Source of the DNA: Spirochaetia bacterium
GTDB taxonomy: Bacteria; Spirochaetota; Spirochaetia; SZUA-6; Bin103
Reading direction: 5' to 3'
NCBI GenBank assembly: GCA_965203515.1
Contig: OZ241907.1
Span: forward strand, 352,001 to 416,000
DNA length: 64,000 nucleotides
The notes under the pieces were generated by a model, which saw only the letters and a program-made list of their open reading frames with translations, was not told the DNA's origin and made no database searches. Of this stretch, positions 1 through 8,539 are shown piece after piece (position 1 is the first letter of the stretch; each line of letters begins with the position of its first letter). The position numbers and the translations under genes are program-made.

Positions 1-2
1 GC

Positions 3-533
3 TACGCCGGTCCCTACCACGCGCGCATCCGCGTGGCGCGGCGGGACGGCAGCGAGGATCGGCTGGCCTACGAACGGGACGCCGCCGCCAGGGAGTGGAT
101 CGTGCACGAGACGTGGCGCCCCGGCACGCGCGAGATCGTCACCACGCAGTGGCCGCACGGCATGATCGGCATCGACGTCGATACCGGCGCGGTGCGCCGC
201 GTCTGTTCCTTCAATGCCTGGCACGCCGCCATCAGCCGCGACGGATCGAAGCTGGTGAGCGATACCACCTACCCGGACCGGGGGCTGATGGTGTTCGACG
301 CCGCCGACGGCGTGGGCGCGCCGCAGCCGTTGTGCGCGTCTGCGTCCAGCAACGAGGGCGCGCACTGGAACACCGACCACTGTCCGTACGATGACGGCCC
401 CACGACCGTGTACGCTCCGCAGCACACCCACCCGCACCCGGCGTTCTCCCCGGACGGCCGGCAGGTGGTGTTCACCAGCGACCGCGGCGGCTTCGCCCAG
501 GTCTACGTCGCCGAGGCGCCGGACCGGCCATAG
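3..533 (+). CDS. Oligogalacturonate lyase/TolB-like beta-propeller protein (5'-truncated by window edge)
   Basis: Frame is open from base 3. HETW motif and C-terminal HPHPAFSPDGRQVVFTSD resemble Ogl/PD40 propellers. Confidence 0.6.
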   Translation, partial: YAGPYHARIRVARRDGSEDRLAYERDAAAREWIVHETWRPGTREIVTTQWPHGMIGIDVDTGAVRRVCSFNAWHAAISRDGSKLVSDTTYPDRGLMVFDAADGVGAPQPLCASASSNEGAHWNTDHCPYDDGPTTVYAPQHTHPHPAFSPDGRQVVFTSDRGGFAQVYVAEAPDRP

Positions 534-535
534 TC

Positions 536-3500
536 TCAGGTCGGGCCGGCCCCGGTGCTCGGCGCGGGCGCCGACTCTTCGAGTGCGGCCAGCACGGTCG
601 GCACGTAGCGCATCTGGCTCGACAGGCGCTTGCCCAGGTCGCGGTGGCCCTCCAGGTCGGGTAGCGCGCCGATCGCCGGCAGGGCGCGTTGCAGGCAGCG
701 GCCGATCTCGGCATCGCCGGAGACCGCGAACGCATCGGCTACGCCTTCGATGATGATCTGGGTGCCGAATATCTCGCCGTGCGAGATGCGCCGCATCGTC
801 GCGCAGCTTCCGCCGATGAACATGCCGTTCTCCTCGTCGAAGGTCTGGCGGACCAGCCAGCGTCCGCCGGCCAGGATGGCGCCGGCTACCGGCGGATCGT
901 GCGTGAGGTCGTGGTAGCGCTTGAGGGCCGACAACAGCACGGTGACCATGAAGGCGATGTTGCCGCGGCAGTGCGGGTAGCCGCACCAGCAGTGGCCGGA
1001 GGTGAGCATCCGGGTCCAGCCGCCCGAGTCATCCTGCTTCTCCAGGATGCGGCGCACGACGATGGCGGCGCCGTTCGCGGCGCGGTGGTCGCCGGTGACC
1101 GCCGCCAGCATGGTCAGGTGGATCAGGTGCCAGCCGGCTTCGCGCACGGCGCTGAACTCGTAGTGGTCGAGCCGTTCGGGCTGCAGGAGCCAGCCGGCCG
1201 ATCGCAGCAGCGAGTCGCGCACGCCCTCGTCGCCGGTCAGCAGGTAGTGGAGCAGCGGGCCTTCGGCCCACATGTGCGACGGGACGCCGCGCGTGCCGGG
1301 AACCTTGCTGCGGAAGTTGGGCGGCAGATAGCCGCCCAGGTGGGCGGGCATGTGCAGCGCCTGCAGCCCCACGTGGCGCGGATCGTGGAAGGCGTTGACG
1401 GTATCGACGTCGGCCAGATGCCGGGCCGCCTGGGCTCCCCACGCGGCCCAGCCCGGGTCGCCGCCGCGCAGGAACTCCCAGTAGGCGCAGTAGGGGGTGT
1501 CGTATTCGTTGTTGCCCCAGCTCCAGTCGCCCTCGCCGTACCAGTCGCCGAAGTTGAGATGACCGTAGGCGCGCCAGCGCTCGCGGTCTTCGTGAAAGAG
1601 GCGCAGCGCGTCCGCGGCGAATCGCTCGTAGCGCGGCTGCTTCGATCCGTCCTTGGCGGCGAGCCGCGGCAGCGCCCCGGTCGCGTTGGCGTAGGCGGCG
1701 CCCGGACGGGCCGCGACCGGCGTCTCCAGCCAGTCGAACAGCGGCGCGACGGAGCTGCCGCTCGCCCCCTGCGGCGGCAGGCCGATGAGCAGCTCGGTGG
1801 TGAGCGCCATGCCTTCGCGCAGCAGGTAGCGGTCGGCCCGCAGCCACCGGTAGAGCCGCTGCCATGCCTCGTCGTCGCCGGGCGGCTCCTGCCCGGAGAG
1901 ATCGGGCAGGAGTTCCAGTCGGATGGCGTCGCTGCCGACGGCGATCCCTTTGGGGTAGTTCTGCCAGAAGTTGCGGATGCCGACGGCCAGTGCGTGGCCG
2001 GCCGGCGCATGGCCGGTGGCCGAGCGCACGAGGACGTGGCCGCGGGCGCGCCCATCGCGGCGCTGCCGGCCGGCGGCGGTGACGATCTCATGGGCCAGGT
2101 CGTGCTCGTGGCGCAGGCTCCACGGGCGGCCGCCGGTGACCTCGAACCGCTCGCCGGCCGCTTCGGCGGCAGCGGCCGTGAACGGGAGAGACAGTACGCA
2201 GGACCGGACGCCGAGGAGCGTGCGTTCCTCGGCCTCGCCGGGCTGGAATACCGGATCGGCGGCCGGATCCGCGCACAGGACCACCAGCCGGTGGTCGATC
2301 TTCACGAACGGCTGCTCGGCGTACGCATGGATGCGCAGCTCGCTGCGCAGCCGAGCGCGTCGGGCCGCGTCTCGGTGGATCGCATCGCAGCGGATCGTGG
2401 TCCGTAGCGGTCCGGCGTGTTCGACGGAGGCCGGGGCCGCCGCGGTATCGAGCCGCGTGCCGTCGGCCAACGTCACCCGCAGGGCTCCGGCCAGCGGACC
2501 GCCGGCGATCCGTCGGGCGGCGGTCCGGGCCTCCTGGCCCAACCGCTCGACGACGATCCAGTCCGCGGCGTGCGGCTGCACCGTCACCCGCAACGCCCGG
2601 TTCGCCGCGACGACGGCGCCGTCGTCGCGGCGGTCGACGTCGAGCCGGCCCTCCGGGTGCGCGGCTTCGGTTGCGCCCAACAGCACGCGGCAATCCGCGC
2701 GCCCGCCGGGCCGGAGCGAGGGCGGCACGGTGGTGTCGACGAGCACCCAGCGGGCCGAGCCATCGGGCCAACGGCTGTGGATACGGGCTTGGGCGGCGGA
2801 TGCACCCTCACCGCCGTCGCCCCACGCGAGTCGGGCGTCGCCGACCTCGGGCAGCGCGCCTCGGCGGACCGGCACGCCGAAGGTGAGCGGCAGGCCGGTC
2901 AGGGACGAGGCGGAGCCGGCGTCGCACAGCTCCACGTCCGCCTCGATGGCGCGAGTCGCAGCGTTCGGGCCGACCGGTTCGGGGCGTCGCGTGCTGAACT
3001 CGAAGACCGACTCGGTGCTCTCGCCATCCGGTTCGGTCGCGACCAGACGGGCGGTGCAGGTCCGGTCGAGCGGCAGGTCGGGGAGCGTGATCGTGTGCAG
3101 GGTCGACGGTCCGACTACGGTCGACGGTCCGACTACGGTCGACGGTCCGACTACGGTCGAAGGTCCGACTACGGTCGAAGGTCCGACTACGGTCGACGGT
3201 CCGACCGGGGTCGAAGGTCCGGCCGAGGCAGACTCCGCTACCGCGCTGCCGGTTCCGTCCCGGACGGAGACGACGACCGTGGACGGGGGATAGGTCAGGC
3301 AGTGGACGGTGGCTGCCGCCGCGTCCGTCGAGGCGGCGACCTCCACGTGGAGGCGCTCGATGCTCGGCGCGAACGAGCTCGGCTCCGGAGCATGCGCGAG
3401 CATCACGAAGCGCTCGATGCGGCACGCTCCGCGCCCCGAGCTCGAGAACTCCACCCACTTCACGCGGTCGTCGAAGACGATCGGACGGTCGATGACGATG

Positions 3501-3868
3501 AGGTGGCGGCGGTTGTCGTGGCGCCGCGGCTCCACGCGCCCCACCTCTTCCGAGCCGAGGCTGATCTCGAGCGGGAACTCCTCGCCCGCCTGATCGTAGA
3601 TGAGGGCTCCCAGGTAGTAGGTGCCCGGCAGCTTCGGGTTCCTGGGCGGCACGCGGAAGCGGTGGCGGACGGTGGTGGTGATGCCGGCCGCGGCCACCGC
3701 CGGCGGGCGATAGATGCTGTAGTTGGCGTAGCCGGTCAACCCCAGGTCGGGGACCCAGCCGTCCATCGACTCGCTGTCGATCGCCGGCCACGAATGATTG
3801 CCGGGTGCGGCGAGCAGCGCCTCGATCCGCGGTTCCTCGGCGACGTCGACGTGCGGGATCAGATCCAT
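536..3868 (-). CDS. Large YetA/PcRGLX-like (exo-rhamnogalacturonan lyase-type) protein, ~1110 aa
   Basis: Start re-called at MDLIPHVD (ATG 3868), just after the upstream gene ends at 3886. Motifs LTFGVPV...SRWPDGSARW (RIFT-barrel-like) and YGHLNFGDW..WGNNEYD..HLADVD (alpha/alpha toroid). Confidence 0.6.
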   Translation of the reverse strand: MDLIPHVDVAEEPRIEALLAAPGNHSWPAIDSESMDGWVPDLGLTGYANYSIYRPPAVAAAGITTTVRHRFRVPPRNPKLPGTYYLGALIYDQAGEEFPLEISLGSEEVGRVEPRRHDNRRHLIVIDRPIVFDDRVKWVEFSSSGRGACRIERFVMLAHAPEPSSFAPSIERLHVEVAASTDAAAATVHCLTYPPSTVVVSVRDGTGSAVAESASAGPSTPVGPSTVVGPSTVVGPSTVVGPSTVVGPSTVVGPSTLHTITLPDLPLDRTCTARLVATEPDGESTESVFEFSTRRPEPVGPNAATRAIEADVELCDAGSASSLTGLPLTFGVPVRRGALPEVGDARLAWGDGGEGASAAQARIHSRWPDGSARWVLVDTTVPPSLRPGGRADCRVLLGATEAAHPEGRLDVDRRDDGAVVAANRALRVTVQPHAADWIVVERLGQEARTAARRIAGGPLAGALRVTLADGTRLDTAAAPASVEHAGPLRTTIRCDAIHRDAARRARLRSELRIHAYAEQPFVKIDHRLVVLCADPAADPVFQPGEAEERTLLGVRSCVLSLPFTAAAAEAAGERFEVTGGRPWSLRHEHDLAHEIVTAAGRQRRDGRARGHVLVRSATGHAPAGHALAVGIRNFWQNYPKGIAVGSDAIRLELLPDLSGQEPPGDDEAWQRLYRWLRADRYLLREGMALTTELLIGLPPQGASGSSVAPLFDWLETPVAARPGAAYANATGALPRLAAKDGSKQPRYERFAADALRLFHEDRERWRAYGHLNFGDWYGEGDWSWGNNEYDTPYCAYWEFLRGGDPGWAAWGAQAARHLADVDTVNAFHDPRHVGLQALHMPAHLGGYLPPNFRSKVPGTRGVPSHMWAEGPLLHYLLTGDEGVRDSLLRSAGWLLQPERLDHYEFSAVREAGWHLIHLTMLAAVTGDHRAANGAAIVVRRILEKQDDSGGWTRMLTSGHCWCGYPHCRGNIAFMVTVLLSALKRYHDLTHDPPVAGAILAGGRWLVRQTFDEENGMFIGGSCATMRRISHGEIFGTQIIIEGVADAFAVSGDAEIGRCLQRALPAIGALPDLEGHRDLGKRLSSQMRYVPTVLAALEESAPAPSTGAGPT
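3101..3226. repeat. 18-bp in-frame tandem repeat x7 (VVGPST on the minus strand)
   Basis: Unit GGTCGA(C/A)GGTCCGACTAC: five near-perfect and two degenerate copies. Confidence 0.95.
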
Positions 3869-3885
3869 CGGCGCGCCGGGCGCTC

Positions 3886-5055
3886 TCAGGCGGGGATGTG
3901 GTCGGCCGCCGCCGCGTGCAGGAGCCAGAGCATCGCCGTGGTGATCACGCCCGACGGCGGCACGACCCGAACGTCGTAGCCCGGCAGGCGGATGCTGGCG
4001 TCGCCGTATTGCCAGTAGGCGTTGACGTGGATCTCGCCGGGGTGGGGGTAGATGGTCTCGATCTCCTTGCCGCCCATGATCCAGGCCGACCGCTCTACCG
4101 TCGCGCGGGCGGCGGCCAGCTCCGCCTCCGGGAAGGTGTAGTAGCCGTTGAAGACGTAGAAGTCTCCGGCTTGCAGGTCGGCCGTCTCGTCCCATTCCGG
4201 GAACAGCAGCCGGAAGAAGCCCGGATCGCCGTCCAGACCGCGCTGCGCGTGCAGGTTATGGCCGATCGAGGCGCACCACACCGCATGCCCGGCCGCGCGG
4301 GCGGCGGCGGCGACCGCGCCGATCTCGTCGATCCGGTCGAGCTCGGTCGCGCGAATGCCGGCCAGGCAGCGCAGCCATTCCGACAACAGCTCGCGTCCCT
4401 TCTGGCCGGCCGGCGAAGGGACGATCCGGTACTCACCGGGATCGTGGAAGGGTTTGCCCTCGTGCTGGCGGTTGCGGTCCCGACCGGTAGCGAGGCCGCC
4501 GCTCATCAGGAACACCGGCGCCCTGCCGAGCGCCGCGCAGGCGTTGGCCAGCTCGATGCACCAGAGCCATCCGGCGGCGATGTTCAGCGCGCTGGCCAGG
4601 GGACAGATGGTGGTATCGCCATAGGGGAGTACCGGCGCGCTGCCCGCCGGCAGCCCGGTGTCGATGAACGCCGGCGCCCGCGGACGGAGCGCCGAGTCGG
4701 CCGAGCCGATCAGGGTCACCGCCGCGCCGCGCTCGACCAGCCCGTCCAACAGCGATCCCTGGGCCGCGGCGGCGCGCTCCTGCGTGGCCGCCAGGACGAC
4801 GTCCCCGGCGGATACGGCGTCATCTATCTCGAACGTCTCGCCGCCGGGGAGGCCGCGCACCATCATCAAGCCGGACGCCCGGTGCTGGAGCTCGCTGACG
4901 AACCCCTCCTCGTCGCTGAGCGCCCACACCCGCCCGCCCGCGCAGGCGCGCTCGGCGGCCCGCGTGGCTGCGGCCGCGATCGAGGGAAGCTGCCGCTCCA
5001 GGCCGGTGAGTCCGGCCTGCGCGGCGTCGAGATATCGCTCGGCGAGTGATTTCAT
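3886..5055 (-). CDS. Hypothetical protein, probable tandem SIS (sugar isomerase)-like domains
   Basis: 389-aa ORF with two similar halves (A..A....GG.VW / AAA..AGHAVW) and C-terminal PGYDVRVVPPSG. Co-oriented with the lyase-like gene. Confidence 0.45.
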   Translation of the reverse strand: MKSLAERYLDAAQAGLTGLERQLPSIAAAATRAAERACAGGRVWALSDEEGFVSELQHRASGLMMVRGLPGGETFEIDDAVSAGDVVLAATQERAAAAQGSLLDGLVERGAAVTLIGSADSALRPRAPAFIDTGLPAGSAPVLPYGDTTICPLASALNIAAGWLWCIELANACAALGRAPVFLMSGGLATGRDRNRQHEGKPFHDPGEYRIVPSPAGQKGRELLSEWLRCLAGIRATELDRIDEIGAVAAAARAAGHAVWCASIGHNLHAQRGLDGDPGFFRLLFPEWDETADLQAGDFYVFNGYYTFPEAELAAARATVERSAWIMGGKEIETIYPHPGEIHVNAYWQYGDASIRLPGYDVRVVPPSGVITTAMLWLLHAAAADHIPA

Positions 5056-5187
5056 GGGTGCGCTCGTCGCCGAGTGTAGCGCCTCGCGTCACGCGTGGCC
5101 AGGGCGTCGCGCCTCATCGGCCAAGGCGACGTGCCGCGCGCGGCAGCGTTGACGATCCGCGGCCTGCGCGGCACGCTGGCGAGCGCC

Positions 5188-6162
5188 GTGAAGATCGATT
5201 GCCAGAGTCATCTGTTCCCCGCCGGCTATGCCGAGGTGCTGAAGCGCAATCCCGGGTCACCGGCCACCACGGGGGGTGGGGGGCGCTACACCGTCGCCTA
5301 CGGCGACGTGCAGTCGTTCCGGCTCGACCTGGAGGACTACGGCGTGGCGCGCAAGCTCCGCGACATGGACGCCGCCGGCATCGACGTCAGCGTGGTGAGC
5401 GTGAACATGCCCGGCCCCGAGTTGCTGGAGAGCGAGCTGGCCGTGGAGGCGGCGCGGGTGTGCAATGACGAGCTGGCCGAGTCGTGCGCCCGCCATCCGC
5501 AGCGCCTGGTCGGCCTGGCGTGTCTGCCGTGGCAGAGTCCGGCCGCGGCGATCGCGGAGCTGGACCGGGCGGTCGGCCGGCTGGATATGCGCGGCGTCAT
5601 GCTCTACTCGCACGTCGGCACCGGCCCCGTCGACGGCGACGAGCTGGAGACCGTGTACGCCCGGATCGCTCAGCTCGGCGTACCGCTGGTCCTGCATCCG
5701 TGCGTGCCGCCGTGGGCCGCCGAGCTGCGCGACCACTCGATGATCACGATGGTAGGGTTGATGGTCGATCACAGCCTGGCCGCTTTGCGTCTGGTGCTGG
5801 GCGGCGTCCTGGAGCGGCATCCGGCGCTGCAGGTGGTGCAGCCGCATTGCGGCGGCGTGCTGCCGTACCTGTGGGGGCGCATCCGCAACCAGACCGAAGT
5901 GATGAAGCGCGGCATCGAGCGCATCTCGCAGACGCCCACCGAGCTCTACCGCCGGGTCTATCTCGACACCGCATCGCCGTGGCCGCCGGCCCTGCGCGTC
6001 GCCTGCGAGGTGGCCGGCGCCGACCGCATGTTGTTTGCGAGCGACCACCCATGGGTGGAGATCCGGCTCCTGATCGACGCGCTGGAGGAGCTTGGACTTC
6101 CCGGCGAGGACCTGCGGAGCATCTACGCCGGCAACGCCCGCCGGCTGTTCCGCATCGCGTGA
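5188..6162 (+). CDS. Amidohydrolase family 2 protein (ACMSD/LigW-like)
   Basis: GTG start VKIDCQSH, plus LVLHP, PHCGGVLPY, VYLDT and MLFASDHPW motifs. Confidence 0.85.
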   Translation: MKIDCQSHLFPAGYAEVLKRNPGSPATTGGGGRYTVAYGDVQSFRLDLEDYGVARKLRDMDAAGIDVSVVSVNMPGPELLESELAVEAARVCNDELAESCARHPQRLVGLACLPWQSPAAAIAELDRAVGRLDMRGVMLYSHVGTGPVDGDELETVYARIAQLGVPLVLHPCVPPWAAELRDHSMITMVGLMVDHSLAALRLVLGGVLERHPALQVVQPHCGGVLPYLWGRIRNQTEVMKRGIERISQTPTELYRRVYLDTASPWPPALRVACEVAGADRMLFASDHPWVEIRLLIDALEELGLPGEDLRSIYAGNARRLFRIA

Positions 6163-6231
6163 CGTTCAGGGGAGGGCTGCCAGTGGGCGCCGGTGACAGT
6201 GCGGCCGCTCGGCGTCCGCAGCCCGCAGCGA

Positions 6232-6296
6232 CCACGGTCTCGACCCCTGCGGTCGTTCCCTTGGAGAACGGCGACCGGCTCCAACCGTTCGAGCAA
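6232..6296 (+). pseudogene. Uma2-family endonuclease N-terminal remnant
   Basis: Reads TTVSTPAVVPLENGDRLQPFEQ. PLENGDRL is the typical start of a Uma2 subfamily, and similarity stops abruptly after it. Confidence 0.35.
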
Positions 6297-6307
6297 TCCC
6301 CACTCAG

Positions 6308-6960
6308 TCAGGCGCGGCGCGCGGACAGCCGGAGATCGAGCGGATAGCACGACGGCGCGCCGGCCAGGCTGCGGAGCGGGTACTCCCGGCGGCCGGAGGC
6401 GGCGATGCCGGCTTCCAGCCACGCGGCGGTTGCGGCATCGTGCACGGCGATCTTTGGCGCGGGCGCGAAGATGCCGCGTTCGCCGGTCTCGGCCAGCACG
6501 CCCCAGCCGACGAAGGAGCGGACGATGCGTTGCGCGGCGCGCGTCACGGTGCTCCGGGCGCCCCAGGACTCGGTGGTGCGCCGGACGATCTGGGCCAGCG
6601 CGGCGCGGCCCTGCAGAGCAAGGAGCCGGCCGGTCGTTGCGGCCACGTCGCGAAAGAACGGATAGGTGGTCAGGCACATGCCCCAGTGGACCGGCAGGCG
6701 GTCGCGGCCGGAGCGGCCGCGCAACAGGTCGATGCCATCGTTCCGCAAAGGAACGAGTACGTCCGGGACCAATACCCAGAGATGCAGCAGCACGGTCATG
6801 GTCTTGCCGCGCGCGCTGTGGGAGCCGCCACCCGCCACCTGCCCGTCGAGCAGCCGGTCGAGCCGCTTCCGTATCGCGGCCGCGGGCAGACCCTGCGCCG
6901 CCCAGTCGGCGGTCGCATCCAACCAACTCAAGCTGAGCTTGCGATCGAAGCCGATGATCG
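6308..6960 (-). pseudogene. BREX type 3 BrxA-like protein, lacking a canonical start and probably C-truncated
   Basis: In-frame IIGFDRKLSLSWLD upstream of the ORF-track start, then HWGM..YPFF..GRLL.LQG and WG.RST..RAAQRIVRSF..WGVL. No ATG/GTG precedes IGFDRK before an in-frame TGA. Confidence 0.55.
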
Positions 6961-7067
6961 GGGTGACCGATCTTCTCGGACGTGTCGTCAGGTCCCGTCA
7001 CCGCCTGTCGTCGGCGCGCCGTTGGGTTGGCTCCTGAGCTGCCGGTACTCCTGCTCGCTGATCCCGG
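6961..7067. repeat. Copy 1 of ~105-bp imperfect direct repeat (Rpn 3' end plus downstream ~27 bp)
   Basis: GGGTGACCGA...CGTGTCGTCAGGTCCCGTC...TGAGCTGCCGGTACTCCTGCTCG..GATCCCGG matches 8157-8260. Confidence 0.9.
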
Positions 7068-7257
7068 TTGCCCGCTCGATCACCGACCACTCGACGCCGG
7101 TCCGCAGGAGACCGTCGATCGTCTCCAGACGCCCTTCGCGCTGGCCTTCGCGTTGGCCTTCCAGACGGCCCTCGCTCCGGCCCTCGCGGTGCCGTTGTTC
7201 GGCAATCGCGCGCATCTGGTCGCGCCCTTCCTGGCGCAGCCGCTCGCCGCTCGTCAT
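6988..7257 (-). CDS. Putative nested RpnS small protein (89 aa), in frame within Rpn
   Basis: Internal AGGAGG-GGAGTTG-ATG (7-nt spacing) in front of MTSGERLRQEG. Confidence 0.6.
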   Translation of the reverse strand: MTSGERLRQEGRDQMRAIAEQRHREGRSEGRLEGQREGQREGRLETIDGLLRTGVEWSVIERATGISEQEYRQLRSQPNGAPTTGGDGT

Positions 7258-8001
7258 CAACTCCCCTCCTGCCGCCGTGCGGCTCAGTATCTCGCCCATC
7301 TCCTCGGGCGTGTCCTCAGGTCCTGTCTCCAGGATATACCGCACAAACATCTTCATGTCGTCCTGTCCGACGCTTCCTTCCCTCTCCAGGTCGTCTAGCA
7401 GCGGCCCCATCCGCTGCCGCGCCTCCCGCACCGCGCGGCTGAAGGCATGCATCATCGTCAGTTGCAGCAAGCGCGCCCGGACGCTGCCGGCCGCCTGCGC
7501 CGGCGACACCTGAGTCTGGTCGAAGAGCAGGTGCTCGAACCGGGGCAGCCACGGCCAGTCCCGCGTTGCCGCGGGGAACAGGTCAACGAACTGAGGGGAT
7601 GGCCGCCAGCCGGTGGGACCCTGGTAGAAGACCAGCGGCAGGATCGGGCGCAGGTAGCCGGCATCCTTGTGGTGCTGGCGGTCGCGCTCCCAGATGCGGC
7701 AGCAGTAGCCGAGCAGGCGGAGGCGCAGCCAGAAGTCCGGGGTGGACTGGTGCTCAAACAGCAGGTAGAGCCAGAGCGCGGCGCCGGGTTCGGAGTAGCG
7801 GATCTCGAACAGCAGGTCGGACGCGGCGCCGCGGAGGTCCGGGGTGACGAAAGAGGCGGGGTGGCGCTTGAGCGTGGGCCAGTGCAGGGAGCGGCGGAGC
7901 GGCGCGGGCAGCCGGGCTTGGAGGAATGACGCGGCTTCCGCCGGAGCGCCGAACACGCGTTTGAAGAGATGGTCGTGGGGCTGGTGGATGGCCATGCCCA
8001 T
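6988..8001 (-). CDS. Rpn family recombination-promoting nuclease / putative transposase (YhgA-like, Transposase_31)
   Basis: HDHLFK, SFV..DL...SDLLF, LYLLFEHQS.PD, PILPLVFYQG and a C-terminal EGR.EG repeat tail. Confidence 0.92.
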   Translation of the reverse strand: MGMAIHQPHDHLFKRVFGAPAEAASFLQARLPAPLRRSLHWPTLKRHPASFVTPDLRGAASDLLFEIRYSEPGAALWLYLLFEHQSTPDFWLRLRLLGYCCRIWERDRQHHKDAGYLRPILPLVFYQGPTGWRPSPQFVDLFPAATRDWPWLPRFEHLLFDQTQVSPAQAAGSVRARLLQLTMMHAFSRAVREARQRMGPLLDDLEREGSVGQDDMKMFVRYILETGPEDTPEEMGEILSRTAAGGELMTSGERLRQEGRDQMRAIAEQRHREGRSEGRLEGQREGQREGRLETIDGLLRTGVEWSVIERATGISEQEYRQLRSQPNGAPTTGGDGT

Positions 8002-8028
8002 TACAACGGGCCGGCCGTCGGTGGCGCT

Positions 8029-8133
8029 TCAACGCACGGCGGTCACGGCCGCCGAATCGATCACCACGGGCCAGCCGCCGCCGCAGACGGTCAGGAAGAG
8101 CCGGTCGTGCGCGCCGGTGTCCCGCTCAGCCAT
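8029..8133 (-). pseudogene. Possible Rpn N-terminal remnant (34-aa ORF)
   Basis: AGGAG SD, then MAERDTGAHDRLF. HDxLF echoes the Rpn N-terminus (HDHLF in the adjacent gene). Confidence 0.3.
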
Positions 8134-8156
8134 GCCGGCCGCTCCTGGTGAACGGC

Positions 8157-8260
8157 GGGTGACCGACCTCCTCAGGCGTGTCGTCAGGTCCCGTCGCCTG
8201 CCGCGGCCGCGCCGTTGAGCTGGCTCTTGAGCTGCCGGTACTCCTGCTCGCCGATCCCGG
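8157..8260 (-). repeat. Copy 2 of direct repeat, encoding an orphan Rpn C-terminal tail
   Basis: Translates GIGEQEYRQLKSQLNGAAAAGDGT*, versus GISEQEYRQLRSQPNGAPTTGGDGT* in the intact Rpn. Confidence 0.88.
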
Positions 8261-8440
8261 GACCGGATCGCGGCAACGGGGTCGTCAGTCACGTGCCGTT
8301 CGGCACGGCGATCGGCGCGTGAGCGCATATCCCATGCTCCGATTCTCTCCGATATTCATACCATGATGATGCCTGATGCGTCAGGTGTCGAGCTCGGCGT
8401 CCTGACGGCGCTGGATCGTGTAGTGCGGACAGGAATGTTG

Positions 8441-8477
8441 TGATAGGCTGAGCGTTCCGTCCGCAGGTACTGAGATG
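8441..8477 (+). promoter_or_regulatory. Putative extended -10 promoter, SD-like site and ATG for the giant gene
   Basis: TG-A-TAGGCT at 8441-8449, GCAGGT at 8463-8468, ATG at 8475. Confidence 0.4.
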
Positions 8478-8524
8478 AGGGCAGCAACGGATGGCAGATA
8501 CTCGATGATGGCACGCTCTTTGTT

Positions 8525-8539
8525 GGGGGGGGGGGGGGG
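8525..8539 (+). repeat. G15 homopolymer at the 5' end of the giant gene (candidate phase-variation tract)
   Basis: TGTT-G15-TGCCTCAT read directly. ATGs at 8475/8505/8508 are one base out of frame with the 25-kb ORF. Confidence 0.9.

Noticed and set aside
3101..3226. Short repeat array as a possible CRISPR
   Set aside because: Units are contiguous with no spacers, are in frame in a CDS, and no cas genes are seen.
6988..8001. Rpn gene as a classical IS element
   Set aside because: No terminal inverted repeats or target duplication found. The family is a nuclease, not a proven transposase.
8491..8508. ATG 8491 as the in-frame start of the giant gene
   Set aside because: It is in frame but hits TGA after five codons (MADTR*).
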